Shown in pieces: positions 1-12,498 of a stretch of 64,000 nt of DNA. The notes beneath the pieces are model-generated. The model worked only from the letters and a program-made list of their open reading frames with translations. It searched no databases and was not told where the DNA came from. Source of the DNA: Azolla caroliniana (Eukaryota > Plantae > Polypodiophyta); assembly GCA_043228905.1 (NCBI GenBank), contig JBHGNT010000013.1, forward strand, positions 15,500,001-15,564,000. The letters run 5' to 3'. The position numbers and the translations under genes are program-made. The stretch's first letter is position 1. Every line of letters begins with the position of its first letter.

Positions 1-2615
1 TTTGTCTTGATGTTACACACGAAGGTTCCGAGGCAGGGCGATGTAGAACAATTGAAGCCAAGGAATTTATCGTTGCATACTTCGAGGTTTGGGGAACCTA
101 GATGTTCCCACGTTTTGAAGGAGAAAAGGGTTAGTGATGCTCTAGTGTCGATCACCGTTGTTAGAGGTACACTGTCGGTGAAGCATGGTAGGTGTGTCGT
201 CACGTCAATAGAGGTGCGTTGTGGTCTCTTACAAGCCACCGCCCTACTCCCCTGTTCATAGAGTTTGAATTGTTCCAGGAAGTCCACCTCTATCGAGGTC
301 TGCTGAGTGGTCGCATCCTCTTCCTGGCATGTGATTCGTTGCACTAGGCCTGTGTCTCTTACGTCTACCTGTTTTCGTCGGGTTACGAGAGTGGTGACAT
401 TAAAACACGAGATCGTGTCTCCATCCTCATCGCGACACTTTGTACCAATAGGGTACATTGCATCGGTCGTGGCAAGGGCGTGCACCCAATTCATCTCTGA
501 CGCATCAGAGGCTACGGATTGATCCTCTCTTTCTCCTGCATTCTCCGCCTTAGGATTAGTGGATTTTTGAGGAAACGGCTGACCGCAAGCCAAGATTTGG
601 ACTATCTTTGTAGGGTTACACGCTAGGAGGTTAGTCTTGAACTCGATGGTTTCTGCCCAGTCGTCCACGAGAGGGTTGCCTTCTTGTTCGTGCACCTTTT
701 GTGTGTATGCTTTGATGCGGAAGGTTTTGTTGTTTTTGCGCATGTAGATTGTATCATTCCCAAAATCCATGACGAGGCGGCTTACACGTAGGAATGGTCT
801 CCCTAGTAAACACTCGTAAGCCACATGATTGGATGATCTTGTGACGACAAAGGTGAGATTGAACTCGACCCCATGGATAGTGAAGTGGTGTGCAGGGATC
901 ATGCCTTCTGGCCGTTGGATAGACCCATCTGCCATTCGGAGTTTGACGTCCGAGGGAAACATTTTTGGGCTCCCCCACTTACACCAACCTTCGTAGCTGA
1001 CTATGCTTACCCCCGCTCCAATGTCGATGATCGCGTCACACGTCATGCCGTTGAAGCAAACGGGGAGAGTGAAACTAGTGTCGTCACTCTCGAAATGAGC
1101 TTCGCATATATCGACCGGCGTTCCTTGGGGTTGTTTGGAGATTGTGGTCGTATGAGGGATGAGTGTGTCTATCTTTTCTCCATAACCCGCTAACAGGCCT
1201 CCATTGAGGCGCCGATGGACGTCGTGCCATGGTTGGATGTCGAGTTGGAGTAGCTCTTCAAGTGTGAACTCTATTTCCTTGGCGAGTATAGGTTGTAGTT
1301 GGGGGTTGTCAGTAACGAAGGTGCCGGTGTAGCTCTGTACTTCGCGTAATGTGAGTCGTAATTTCAAATTTAATATTTGTTGGAGCAAGACTGTGTTGAC
1401 TTCTTTGATTGGGGTAGATTGGGAGATGGGAGTGTCGGTTGGTGTTACGACGAGGGGGGGTGTACCCGTGTGTTGGGGTGCAGGATTTACCCATTCTTCG
1501 AGTTGGTCGAAGTTTAGGCTCGGAAGACTAAGCGATCTTTCGCACTGTTCGTGTCGAATGAGTTTGATGTACTCTTCGACCTTTTGTTTTTCAGCTACTG
1601 GGTTTGGGTATGCTGCTAGGTGTGCCGGCAGCTCTTGGTTAGGGTTGACGGGTATTGTTTCTACGTCTCCCTCTAGTTCTTGTTCTTGCTTTGAGGCCTG
1701 TGTGGATGCATTTTTTTTGGATTTTCTTCTCTTACGCGTAGTCGTGGGGAGGCCTTGGTCGTGAGACTTTAAGTTATGAGCTATTCTTTGAGCTCGTGTG
1801 ATGACGTTGGCGCCAACCATTGATGGTACGATAGATAACAAGTTTGCGCCAATCCTTTTCTTTTTTTCTGGGGAATCGGGTACTAAGTGATCTTTACCAC
1901 ACCCTACTTTCAGGCATGTTCTTGTTCTTGCTTTGAGGCCTGTGTGGATGCATTTTTTTTGGATTTTCGTCTCTTATGCGTAGTCGTGGGGAGGCCTTGG
2001 TCGTGAGACTTTAAGTTATGAGCTACTCTTTGAGCTCGTGTGATGACGTTGGCGCCAACCATTGATGGTACGATAGATAACAAGTTTGCGCCAATCCTTT
2101 TCTTTTTTTCTGGGGAATCGGGTACTAAGTGATCTTTACCACACCCTAAGCATGATGCTTCTCCTTGGAACCACTCGATAACGTCTTGTGACTATTGAGT
2201 GAGACTTTGCACTGGTGGTTGTGGGGTTGTTTCGAGTGAGGGGTGTCGTGGTCGTTGTGCCATCGGGTTGTAGTATTCATGTTTGGTTGGGCACTCGCTA
2301 ACCATGTGTGGGCCTTGGCAATTGAAACATTTCAATTTTGGCCTCCTTAGACCACTATTGTTGCGATATCCCATCGACGGCCCTTGTTGTTCTCCTCTCA
2401 AGACGTAGACCGGTATTTGGTCACCTTCGTTGTCAACAAAGTGGGAAAGCACCTCTTCTTCAACACCATACCCCTAGTATGCTTCATATTCGAGGTTGCC
2501 ACCCCCAACCTGAGTTTGGTTATCGGTGGTATATTCTAGTTCAGCGAGGCGAGTGCCGATACGCGGTAGTGGGGGTTGTTGGGGAAGTATTACCGACTCT
2601 CATTTCGGCTTTTCA
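1..2615 (-). mobile_element. Ty3/gypsy-like LTR retrotransposon remnant (gag zinc knuckles plus two aspartic protease domains), running off the left edge
   Basis: Minus-strand zinc knuckle CFNCQGPHMVSEC (ORF 2192..2452) and a second, degenerate knuckle CLGCGKDHLVPDS near 2115-2153. NVITRAQ motif. A stop-free frame from about 1973 to 1, absent from the ORF track because it has no stop in the window, contains AIIDIGAGVSIVS...LLGRPFL and TVIDTRASLTLFS. The gypsy assignment is inferred because RT and integrase are not in the window. Confidence 0.8.
1676..2148. repeat. Near-perfect 231-bp tandem duplication (period 242) inside the gypsy gag region
   Basis: 1676-1906 and 1918-2148 differ at only a few bases and are separated by the 11-bp filler CTTTCAGGCAT. 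Confidence 0.95.
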
Positions 2616-2689
2616 ACTGACTCCCCCCCACAAGGAGGGACAAACACAATCGACTTACCACAAAGCCAAGTCATTTCTTAAATAAAAAA

Positions 2690-3212
2690 AAGTTGTATTT
2701 CCATCATTATACTTTTTCATATGTAAATTCTCATACATGAGAGCTTGCATGAGTGACATGGTTATCATGTATCACATGTAATGCATGAGCGCCAAATGGA
2801 AAACATGCATTTCATGCATTGTATGCATGTCTTGCACACTCTCACATGCATCATATGCATGGGGGCAACTATAAAAGAGTAGACGAAAAAGAAAAGCAGG
2901 GATGAATGAAGGTAAAAGGATCAAGGAAGCTATGTACTGAATGAAGAAATCTAATTATCTTTTGGTGATGTATCTTGTCTCTTAAAAAGTGAAATCTCTA
3001 TCTCAATCTGTCTCATAATTGGAATCTCTGTCTCTCAATCTCTCTGTCTCTATCTTAAATACTTTTTCGCTAAAGCTAGTACAACCTTCGAATCCTTCCA
3101 GTCCAGGACCCCTGTGGCCCCACCTCATTTTCGCGAACACACAAGGATTTCCTCGACATATTATTTGTGGTCCCGCTTCATTTTTGTGAACACGCCAGGA
3201 TTTCCTCGACAC
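2690..3212 (+). other. LTR-like fragment between the gypsy and copia remnants
   Basis: CATG-rich stretch, a CTATAAAA box near 2869, CT-rich sequence after it, and an imperfect ~53-bp tandem pair at about 3113-3212. No matching second LTR was seen. Confidence 0.3.
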
Positions 3213-3213
3213 C

Positions 3214-6200
3214 ATTCAAAGCAAGTCTAAGTTAGCTGTGATATCGTTTTCGACTAATCGACATCATGGTACTTCACATCACCTGAACCCGGGCCGATTG
3301 TTGCAGACGAAACAATGAATTCTGGAATAAAGGGAAGTATAGCGGAATCCAAACTCCCGGATAGTCAACTTCTCTCCGGATTAGTGGTCCAAATCTAGAC
3401 TAGTTGAGCCGAAGCGGTCAATTGGATGACAAACCAACGAGTAGTGAAGATTCGGTCGTGCTCTCCCCATGTAAGGAGCCGAGGAGACGATTCACACGCA
3501 ATGAAAAGGGGAAGCAGAAGATGCCAAGATATGACACCTGCAGGGAGGACTCGAATCGGAGTGAATCCAATTGCAAAAAGAGAAACAACCAACCTTTGAA
3601 GAGAGGGTCAAAATTGGTCGCGAAGGCCAAGAAATTGGCGAACCAAGAATTGCACCGATCCACCCGCCAAAAGAATCACGTGATCTGGTAAGGATATAAC
3701 GAGTATATGGCGCATCATTATGCGTACATGGCGAAGGTGGCAATCGTGCGTGAGCCGGACAACTACGTAGAAGCAGGTAAGGATTTGAACTGGCAGAAGG
3801 CCATGGAGGAAGAGATGCACACACTTATGGAAAATGAGACATGGGATTTGGTTGACGTTCCAAAGGGAGTGAAGCCAATCGGATACCGATGGGTATTCAA
3901 GGTCAAATACAACACTGACGACTCTGTCAACCGGTACAAGGCTCGATTAGTGGTGAAGGGCTATGCACAGCAACACGGAATCGATTATGATGAGACCTTC
4001 ACGCTAGTTTCGAATATGACAACCGTCCGTGTCTTGCTTGCGGTGGTTGCGGCAAAGGGGTGGTATTTACATCAAATGGATGTAAAGAATGTGTTCCTGC
4101 AAGGTGAGTTGGAACAAGTATATATGGTACAACCCCCTAGATTACACTCCGGAATGAACAAGTCGGTTGTTTGCCAACTGAAGAAGTCCCTCTACGGATT
4201 GAAACAAGCCCCGCATGCTTGGAACGCGAAGATCACGCAACGATTGCGTCGGATGGGGTTTGCCACATCCAAGTCGGATTCCTCACTCTTCATCCAGCAA
4301 GGTCGGAATGAGCCGGTAAACATTTTACTTTATGTTGATGATTTAGTCATCGTCGGTGCCAACTTAGTAGAAATAGATCGTGTCAAGTCACAACTAGCGG
4401 CATTGTTCGACATCAAGGATCTCGATGATCTTCATTAGTTCCTCAAGATCAAAGTGATTCGCATCCCAAAGGCATAGTGATCAGTCAACGACATTATGAG
4501 TTAAGTATGCTCTTCAAGTTCGGAATGACGGATTGTAAATTCATCTCTACTCCTTTGGATAGGAATGTGAAGCTTCGCCCCAACTCCGGAACGACATGCG
4601 ACCCGAAAAGGTTCCGAAAAATAGTCTGAAGCCTAATATATCTAACCATCACCCGGTCGAACCTTAGCTATCTGGTCAGACTGATTAGTCAATTCATGGC
4701 GCATATGACCATGGAGCACCTTCAGTGCACGCATCGAATAATGCGATATGTCAGCAACACTAAGGACAGGGGATTGCTATATCGAACCGGTATAACCATA
4801 TAGTTAGTCGGCTACACGAATGTCGATTGGGCCAGAAACATCGGCGATCGACGATCAACTTCCGGATTCGCGTTTTCACTTGGAAGCATTACGATCGTCT
4901 GGAGCAGCAAGAAGCAGCGGACAGTTGCACGGTCGCGCACCGAGACCGAGTATTGAGGAGCGGTTGTCGCAACGTGCGAGGCCATTTGGCTCAAGCAACT
5001 CTACTAAAGGATGTGCATATGGCGATGTCCGATCCGATGATCTATTTTGACAACCTCAACAGTATCCAGTTGGCGAAAAATCCCATTTTCCACGCCCAAA
5101 CCAAGCACATTGCGGTGCATTACCATTTTGTTCGTGAGCGTTTCCTCTCCGATGAAGCCGAACTGGTGTATGTTCCAACGAATCAGCAGGCAGCCGATGT
5201 ATTTACCAAACCCTTAAGACTTGACAAGTTGCGGCAAATTTCGGTCATGCTTGGGTTGCAACACCTTGATATGTTGAACTTGAGGGGGAGGAATGAAAGG
5301 AATGAAACAGGGAGAGATGGTCAAAACTTGTGGCGAGCCGAAAATGAAGATGTTTGAAAAGCCGAATCGGATACCAAACTCGATTTCAGTCCAGCTGAAG
5401 AAGTCAGAGTGTTTAGGTCGGCTGAAGAAGCCGAGGATGGATGGACACATGCATGCAGGACACACAAGTGGAGGCTTGTCAAACGCAGGGGGAGCGACCA
5501 CGAAGCCAAAGCCAACTGAAAAAGGGGTAGGCAAAGCCAAGAAGACCAAGACACAGATGTGGTCCGATGTCATGAAGGGTATGAAGACCGAGGGTAAATT
5601 GGAGGCAGCCAACTCAGACAAACAAGAGAACGAATAGGAGACAACCGATTCGGCCGAAAGTAGAAGTGAATTGAAAGCACCCGATTCAATCAAAATGTTT
5701 GATTCGAAGCACCCGATTCAATTGGCCAAGCGGTCGAGAGCGCAACGAAAGTCAACACCGACATGGCGGAGCCGGCGGGTTGAGAAGCGCACCAAAATCG
5801 CGATAGCGATGAAATTGACTTGAGCCAAAGAAGCAGACAAACCGATCGAGAAGGTTGAGGTGCGTGGAACCAGACGGGTCGTGGGAAGAGGAACCGGATT
5901 GGACGAAGAGCACAAGCCAGGCGGGAAGACGCCAAGAGGAATTGGAGAAGAGGATCGACAGACACAGACACAACGATCTGACCTTGAGTTGAGCTTGAGG
6001 GGGAATGTTGAGCGGACAAGCTCAACCAGATCCGGATAGGCTGAATAAGCCAGAGCCAAATCGGTATCCGGTATACGGTATCTAGAATCTGGAGAACCAG
6101 ATCATACTCCGGAATAGTGTAAACCGGTCAATTGTTAGAGGCATACGGTCTAAGCCTAGTATGTGGGCATATTCCTTGGAGTTAATGTAGAGCCTCATTT

Positions 6201-6432
6201 ATGAACATCCAAGTACTTATGGTAGTTAGTACTTATGGTAGTTGTGTTAGTCCATGTAAGGACTTGTACAAAAGTGTTTTCTGAGCACATTCTAAGTAGA
6301 TAGTATTAGTTTTTGAAATTGTTTTTTGGTTCTGCTCTCTCTCTCCCGTGTATGTATGTTAAGGTTTCCATTAAACCTTCATATCTATTTTTTGTTGTTC
6401 TTTTGTTATCTGGTTGAGCCGGCTTGTCTACA
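3214..6432 (+). mobile_element. Ty1/copia retrotransposon remnant A (end of integrase region, RT, RNase H, PPT, 3' LTR), pseudogenized
   Basis: VSCDIVFD* (SRDVVFDE-like) near 3229. RT motifs YKARLVVKG, QMDVKN, LYGLKQA and LYVDDL in ORF 3707..4438. RNase H motifs D-W...RRSTSG, WSSKKQ, KHIAVHYHF and ADVFTK. PPT TTGAGGGGGAA followed by TG at 6006. Contains premature stops and frameshifts. Confidence 0.92.
6006..6432 (+). repeat. 3' LTR of copia remnant A (right boundary approximate)
   Basis: Starts TGTTG directly after the polypurine tract. A candidate ...TCTACA end at 6432 lies just before copia B coding sequence resumes. Confidence 0.55.
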
Positions 6433-6457
6433 CTTCCGCACGTTATTGTTTTCGGCC

Positions 6458-7158
6458 TTGAAGCGTATAGATGTGAGATATCACTTTGTTCAGGACGGCG
6501 TCATTTCAGGGAAAATCGGCCTCGAGAAGATACCTACAGCCAATAATGTCGCAGATGGGATGACCAAGTGTCTTTCAACGAACCGATTCTGATCCCTTCG
6601 GCACCATATGGGCGTAATAAAGAATCAGTCTGATTGAGTCAAACATTCAGGATGGTTTTGGACAAACACCATCGACAGTTTGAGGTTCAACTTCAATCCT
6701 TCCGACCCCGGTCAACTCGACCTTCTGTTCTCAGAGTTTGCTGACTCAAACAAAAATGGATTTGTTCGACAACCTTGTATAAATATGTATTTCTTGTTCA
6801 CTTCTTTTATTATAGATTTACTATTGCATACGCCCATTATGGGGGAGTGTCAAATACGGGTCTCTAATGGACGTATTCACATTGTCCCATTGGACACACT
6901 AAGTTTAGGCTATTTCTGGAAATAGTGGAAAGGGTAGTTGCCCTAAGTCAGTTAGTATTTAAACTGACTCTTGTAACCTAGTGTTAAGGTTGTTCATATT
7001 GTGCATTGTGCCATTGTAACTCTCTGAGATAATATACAATTACATCTTCTTGTGCCTAACTTGTTATTTCTTTTCTCCTTGTTTTCTCGTTGACCTTGTC
7101 TTATGCTTCAGTTCTATTGTTATCAATCTATTTCTTTGTACTAGCTAGAGATCTTCAA
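6458..7158 (+). mobile_element. Ty1/copia remnant B (RNase H C-terminus, PPT, 3' LTR)
   Basis: KRIDVRYHFV...NVADGMTKCL in ORF 6326..6592. PPT ATGGGGGAG followed by TGTCA at 6848. The right boundary is approximate. Confidence 0.8.
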
Positions 7159-8474
7159 CTAGAAGAGTGTTGAGATTGTTCCACATCCAGATGGTTGGTT
7201 CCAACATGAACAAAAGAAGAGGAAGCGGAGATATGGTTGAACAAGTTAGGTCCTTGAGCTAAAGAGAAGAGTTTGGTTGAGTTAGGAGCATGATTACCAA
7301 AGAGCCTCAATGCATACAATTGGGATTCACCATTTTTTAATGCATTGTAATACCTTCCTCTGAATCTTTTTGAAGCTTGGTACTAAACAAACATCGTTTG
7401 ATATGCCAAGCACTATGGCCCAATGGTTAGTATCTTACAAGTCAAAATGACTTGGTTTTTAAATTGGGAAACATATTTACTCGCCAATGTTTGCAAATGT
7501 GATTTGAGAATGCTTGTTCCTCCCCACAATTGTGGTGTGCATAGCTTTTGTAATGACATGAGTCGGAGCGCTAAAAGTGTCATTTGATTTTTGAGTTAAA
7601 GTTTTGTATTGTTTATTTTGGCCAATGAACCGTGATCACATAACATGAATATTGATTGAACCACCCCTAATGTACACATGGAGGGGTTAAGTTACCATAA
7701 TCAAATAACAAAGTTATTGCCCAACTTTTTGCAAACCCATTCAACCTTTGCTTTGCATGTTGCATTTCATCACATGTAATAACTAAGATGTCAAACTATT
7801 TATTCTAGACCAACGATATACTTAAGCCACAAAACTAGATGCGAAATGTATGTGATCATAAATAAGGGTTTGGACTTGTTTATGCAATATGCAATCCATC
7901 GGCTAATCCATAGAACATGAGGGCATATAATCTATATAATTTGGATTTACTTTGTTACATGAATGATGTATTACTATATGCATATGCCCATGTCAAAACT
8001 TCCAACTTGTCATGCATTCTCAAACCGCAAAGCTGGTTGTACTCAACAACAAATCGGATAATTGCAGAACACAGAAATAAAATTTCATACTCAAGTTCTT
8101 GTATGAGAGCCTAATGCACACACAACTCAACCTCAAAACTCATCATATACCTGAACATGTCGCAAACCAAGCCGAGAAGGCTAGTTGCAGCCCGTCCGTA
8201 CCTCAACATAGTAGTGAAGCCAGGTGATATGAAAAGCTAGGCAACCGTGGCACGTGGGTCGGGTACGCGTAGCAAGGCATACAACATGATGCGATATGAA
8301 AGAGAGAGGTCATGTACGGGCGGGAGGTATGGGCAAGGGGGGGGGGGGGGGGACCCAAAAGCCACCACCACCAATGAGTGAATGAGTGAGAGACTCGGGA
8401 GGAGGTTTGAGAAGAGAGTTCCGAGCAAGAGCGGTTTTCGTGAGTCGTGACGTTCCCGCCTCTCTCTCGATCTC

Positions 8475-8708
8475 GAAGAAAGAAGAAGAAGAAGAAGAAG
8501 AAATAAGGAAGAAGGAAGAAGAAGAAAGAAGAAGAAAGAAGGAAGGAAGAAGAAGGAAGAAGGAAGAAGGAAGAAAGAAGAAGGAGAGAAGGAAGAAGGA
8601 AGAAGGAAGAAGGAGCGAAGGAAGAAGAAATAAGGAAGAAAAAGAAGAAGAAGAAGAAATAAGGAAGAAGAAGAAGAAGAAAAAGGAAGAAAAAGAAGAA
8701 GAAGAAGA
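8475..8708 (+). repeat. (GAA)n-rich polypurine tract, probable 5' UTR/promoter of the MOS11-like gene
   Basis: About 230 bp made almost entirely of A and G, in GAA/GGAA units, ending about 60 bp before the ATG at 8770. Confidence 0.9.
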
Positions 8709-8769
8709 CATTCGAGAAGGTCGAGGGAGAGCCCCACCCCCTTCCCTTCCCTTCCCTCCCAAAGCTTCC

Positions 8770-11700
8770 ATGGCTTCTTCCTCCGTCGCCATCTCCCCAG
8801 ACGCCTCGAAGCTCGACTGGAGAAAGATGAACAAACAGGAGCTCCGTGATGCCCTTGCCAGCCGAGGCCTCGACACAAGTGGCCTCAGACCTTTACTCAT
8901 CCAGCGCCTCGAAAGCTCCCTCAAACCTTCCCTCCCGTCTTCTGTCGATGTTTCCGATCTGCAGTCATCCCTCATCAAGTCCAGCGTTGGGAGGAAGGAG
9001 GCATCCATCGCCCCGTCTTCTCAGAACAGGAGTGTTATGGAAAAGAATCAGCCTGCGAAGGAGATCCGAACCTTAAACCCCCAGGATGAGGAAAGAAATG
9101 GGAAATTATTACCGAATCTTGCAGAGGAGAAAGAGAAACATACACATTCTATTTCTGCTATTGATTTTCCTGCCGAAATCTCAGAAAAGTCTCCTACTTT
9201 GGATCATGTTAAAGATGTCACAATTGACAAGAAATCTGAGTTTAATGTATCTGCTAGAAATAATATAGTACCACTTTCTGATCTTGATAAGAAGCGGAAG
9301 CGAGCGGAACGATTTGGTGTTGGGCTCAAGGTATCTGAGGAAGAGAAGCTAGCACTAAGAGCTGAGAGGTAAGTTTTTTTGTTGTTTTGCATCTTCTTTC
9401 CTCATAGGAAAGCATTAAACTTCTCTTTTAGGAAAGATACATCTTTGTATGTGTAAAATTATTTCTCTTTTCTTCTCCTGGTGCTGCTCAAGTCCAAACA
9501 ATTCAGAGAAGTAATAGTAACTATGCATCGCATCTCCAGAGGGCATAGGGAAGGAACAACTTTTGCTTGTATGTTTTGAAGTGTATTCTTTTGTTTTGCT
9601 TGGTGGCGCCTAAGTCCAATTGCTGATCCCTTTTGACAGAAGTGATAGAAACTTGGTGTATTGGTTTGTATCTAAGTAGTGTACTTCAAGGATGTCTAGG
9701 AAGGTGGTGGTTGTTTGGTGCATTGGCCCAAGTTCAATCACCCTGGATGAGTGATAGAAATTGGGTCGATTGGTTCTATATCTAATATGTGTATTTGAAA
9801 GGTGGTTAGGAATACTGATATCTCCATGGAAGAACTATGCAGCCAGTCTCTTGCAGCCTTGGTTTTGTGGACAATTTTCTCAACGCAGACATTTACTTCA
9901 ATTGTGCCCTTGACCAAATTTTAGGCACACACATAATGTTGATGTGGTTTGGCTGACATTCCCTGTAATCCATGGATCCTACTGGTTCTCTAATTAGGTT
10001 TTTCTGTGTATTTGAGCAATTGATAATCATGATAAATAATTTTCCTGTGAAAATTTTGATCTTTGTATGGGCCTTTTTCTAATTGGTGTGGATAGTCTCT
10101 AGTATGGCTATAACCATAGGTAGAGGACACTTGGGAAACAGTGAATGGGGATGGTGCCAAAACTTTGATTTCTGTTTGGTCTTCTGTAATAAGTGTGGAC
10201 AGTCTCTAGTATGGCTATAATAGTGAAACAGTGAAATAGGTAGAGGACACTGGGGAAACAGTGAAATGGAAATAGTGGGAAAAAGATTTTTGGAGCTCAC
10301 CCACCAACATATATCGATATAATAACTCAAGTTTGAGTATTGAATAATATTCAACCACAGTACGCATATTAGAAAATATATGAAGATAAAATATTTAAAG
10401 TTTTAAATATTGGTGCATGCTTAGTAAATACACATTTTTAGGCATGGAATTTAAGAAACAGGACAGGAAAAATGAGGGCAACTGCTAGAAAATTACAACA
10501 GAAAGGAAAGAGATATAAGAGTGAAGCTGAGCGTGGCTGCTTAAATTGCTATGAGCGTGGCTGCTTAAATTGCTTAAATTGCAGTGAAGGGAATGGAGGC
10601 CATGGAGGCCATGGGAGCAAGAACACCATTGTTTTGTGCATGAAATGCACGCGTATGAAAAGTCTTATCTGATTTTGTGATTTCTTGGCATTTTTTCCAT
10701 TGGGAAATGGCCATATATTTCTCATAGTGCTCTGAACATGTAGTTTTGTGACATTGTTCAGTTCCATGATTTAGCTCGGTTTGTTGGTGTAATTCATTAT
10801 TGTGAACTCCTGGTGCTTTTGGAATTTGTCTTGATATGGGAACTGTTCATGATAGCATAATTTCAAATTTCATGTCTACCACAAACTAGTTGAAATTATT
10901 CCCTCTCATGTTGCAATACCTTCACTGTTAATCTATAAATATGACAATGTTTAAACTTAAGTCAGTACATCGATCGTGCATCATATTACAAGCATAGATT
11001 GTTTTTGTATAAAGTTCCATATATTTGAATGGTTGACAGTTTTTGCTAGAAGTGCTATGTTATCAGCATCATAGCTGCAAAAATGATCATTTCTTACTGT
11101 CCATATTTTGGGTTTGTGGGCTAGTTAATTTTTATTTGTGCTTTTTCCTTGATTACTGTCTTGTCAGTGTTTCCAGGTTCCTTGATGACAGCAGTCTCCC
11201 CGGATACATCCACTAGTGTTGTGCTAGGATAATATAGCTTTGACCCATGATATACAAACATCTAGGAAGAATCTTTATTACCTGATATGCAAACATCTAG
11301 TAGAAATTTTCTCCACCATCCTTTGACACAGAGAGACTTGATTATGAATGTTGATGATGATGATGAGGTATGGAGAAATCTGTGTGGCATTATTATCATG
11401 ATTCATACCGAGTTCCTTTTTATCATAGACATGGGATGGGGACAATGAGAGGAGTCAAAACACGAGAGTGTGGATTGTTCGTGACCAGGAAACATGATCG
11501 CAGATCATAATATGCATAAATGTTAACATCGAAGCTTAGGAAATGAGATCGATCAAGCTTGAAAACGCAAATTTAGCTCGGTTACAACTTATAATGAATG
11601 AAGCTTCACAAACTATAATTGAATCAATTATTGGAATATTGCATAGATAATCATTACATTCAAAGAAAGATGGATGGATCCATACAAAATGATGAGAAGT

Positions 11701-12498
11701 GATAATAGGTCGTATGAAAAATGTCAGTAAATCCTAAGTGGGAAAAAGGATCCTCAGATTCCTTGCCCTTCCACAAGGTAATACTACTTTTTATGAATAC
11801 TTGTTTGCTAAATTAATAGCCTCGATGCTTGTACCTGAATAGTCTATGTGCTTGCTTCAACATCAGTCAAAAAGTCCTTACCCAATGGAACTTGAAGAGT
11901 TCCATCACACCTATCTGAAATTATCCACCTCTTATGAAGTGTAATAGTATCTGTGGTTTGTTCTTCTCCTACCCAGTGAATGTATCTGCCTTTTTAACTG
12001 CATCTGTGCAAAGATGCTTATTATTTTAATCTGTTGAGATTGTTTTGAAATTTGAATGTATGAGTCTAGTATTTATTCCTTAGCCCAACTTAGAATTCTG
12101 GATATGTACATGTATTTGCAGGTTTGCTGGTGCCCCAGGCAAGAAGAAATCTTCTTCTTCAGAGCCAGAATCTGAAAAGAGGAAGCAACGAGCTGCAAGG
12201 TAAGTATTGTTCTCTTTCAGATCCTTCTTTTAAAAGAGGAGTATCTAATCTTATCTATTGGCCTTTAGGTTTGGCATTGTGGATGAGACAACCATGAAGA
12301 AGGCTCACCAAGAAAAACAAGGAACTGCTATGAAGCAAAGTGAGCCTGAAGATGCTAAAAGAAAAGCTAGAGCAGAAAGGTTTATTTTTTGCAACTATTT
12401 TTTCAGAAGAATCCTTAACCATACGTATTAAATTTTTTCCCCTTTACATCAGGTTTGGCAATAATAAACAGGACAGTTTGAAGGCCAAAGCTAGCTAG
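8770..12498 (+). CDS. MOS11: SAP-domain THO1/SARNP(CIP29)/MOS11-like mRNA export factor; exons 8770-9368, 12122-12199, 12269-12379, 12453-12498
   Basis: SAP motif MNKQELRDALASRGLDTSGLRPLLIQRL. Four RAxRF(G/A) motifs: KRAERFG, LRAERFA, QRAARFG and ARAERFG. Three GT-AG introns join in frame to the stop TAG at 12496-12498. The start codon choice is inferred. Confidence 0.88.

Noticed and set aside
8237-9008. Antisense Phe/Leu/Ser-rich ORFs and the Lys/Glu-rich N-terminal extension of ORF 8386..9372
   Set aside because: They are products of the (GAA)n tract. The extension starts at GTG, and the first in-frame ATG is 8770.
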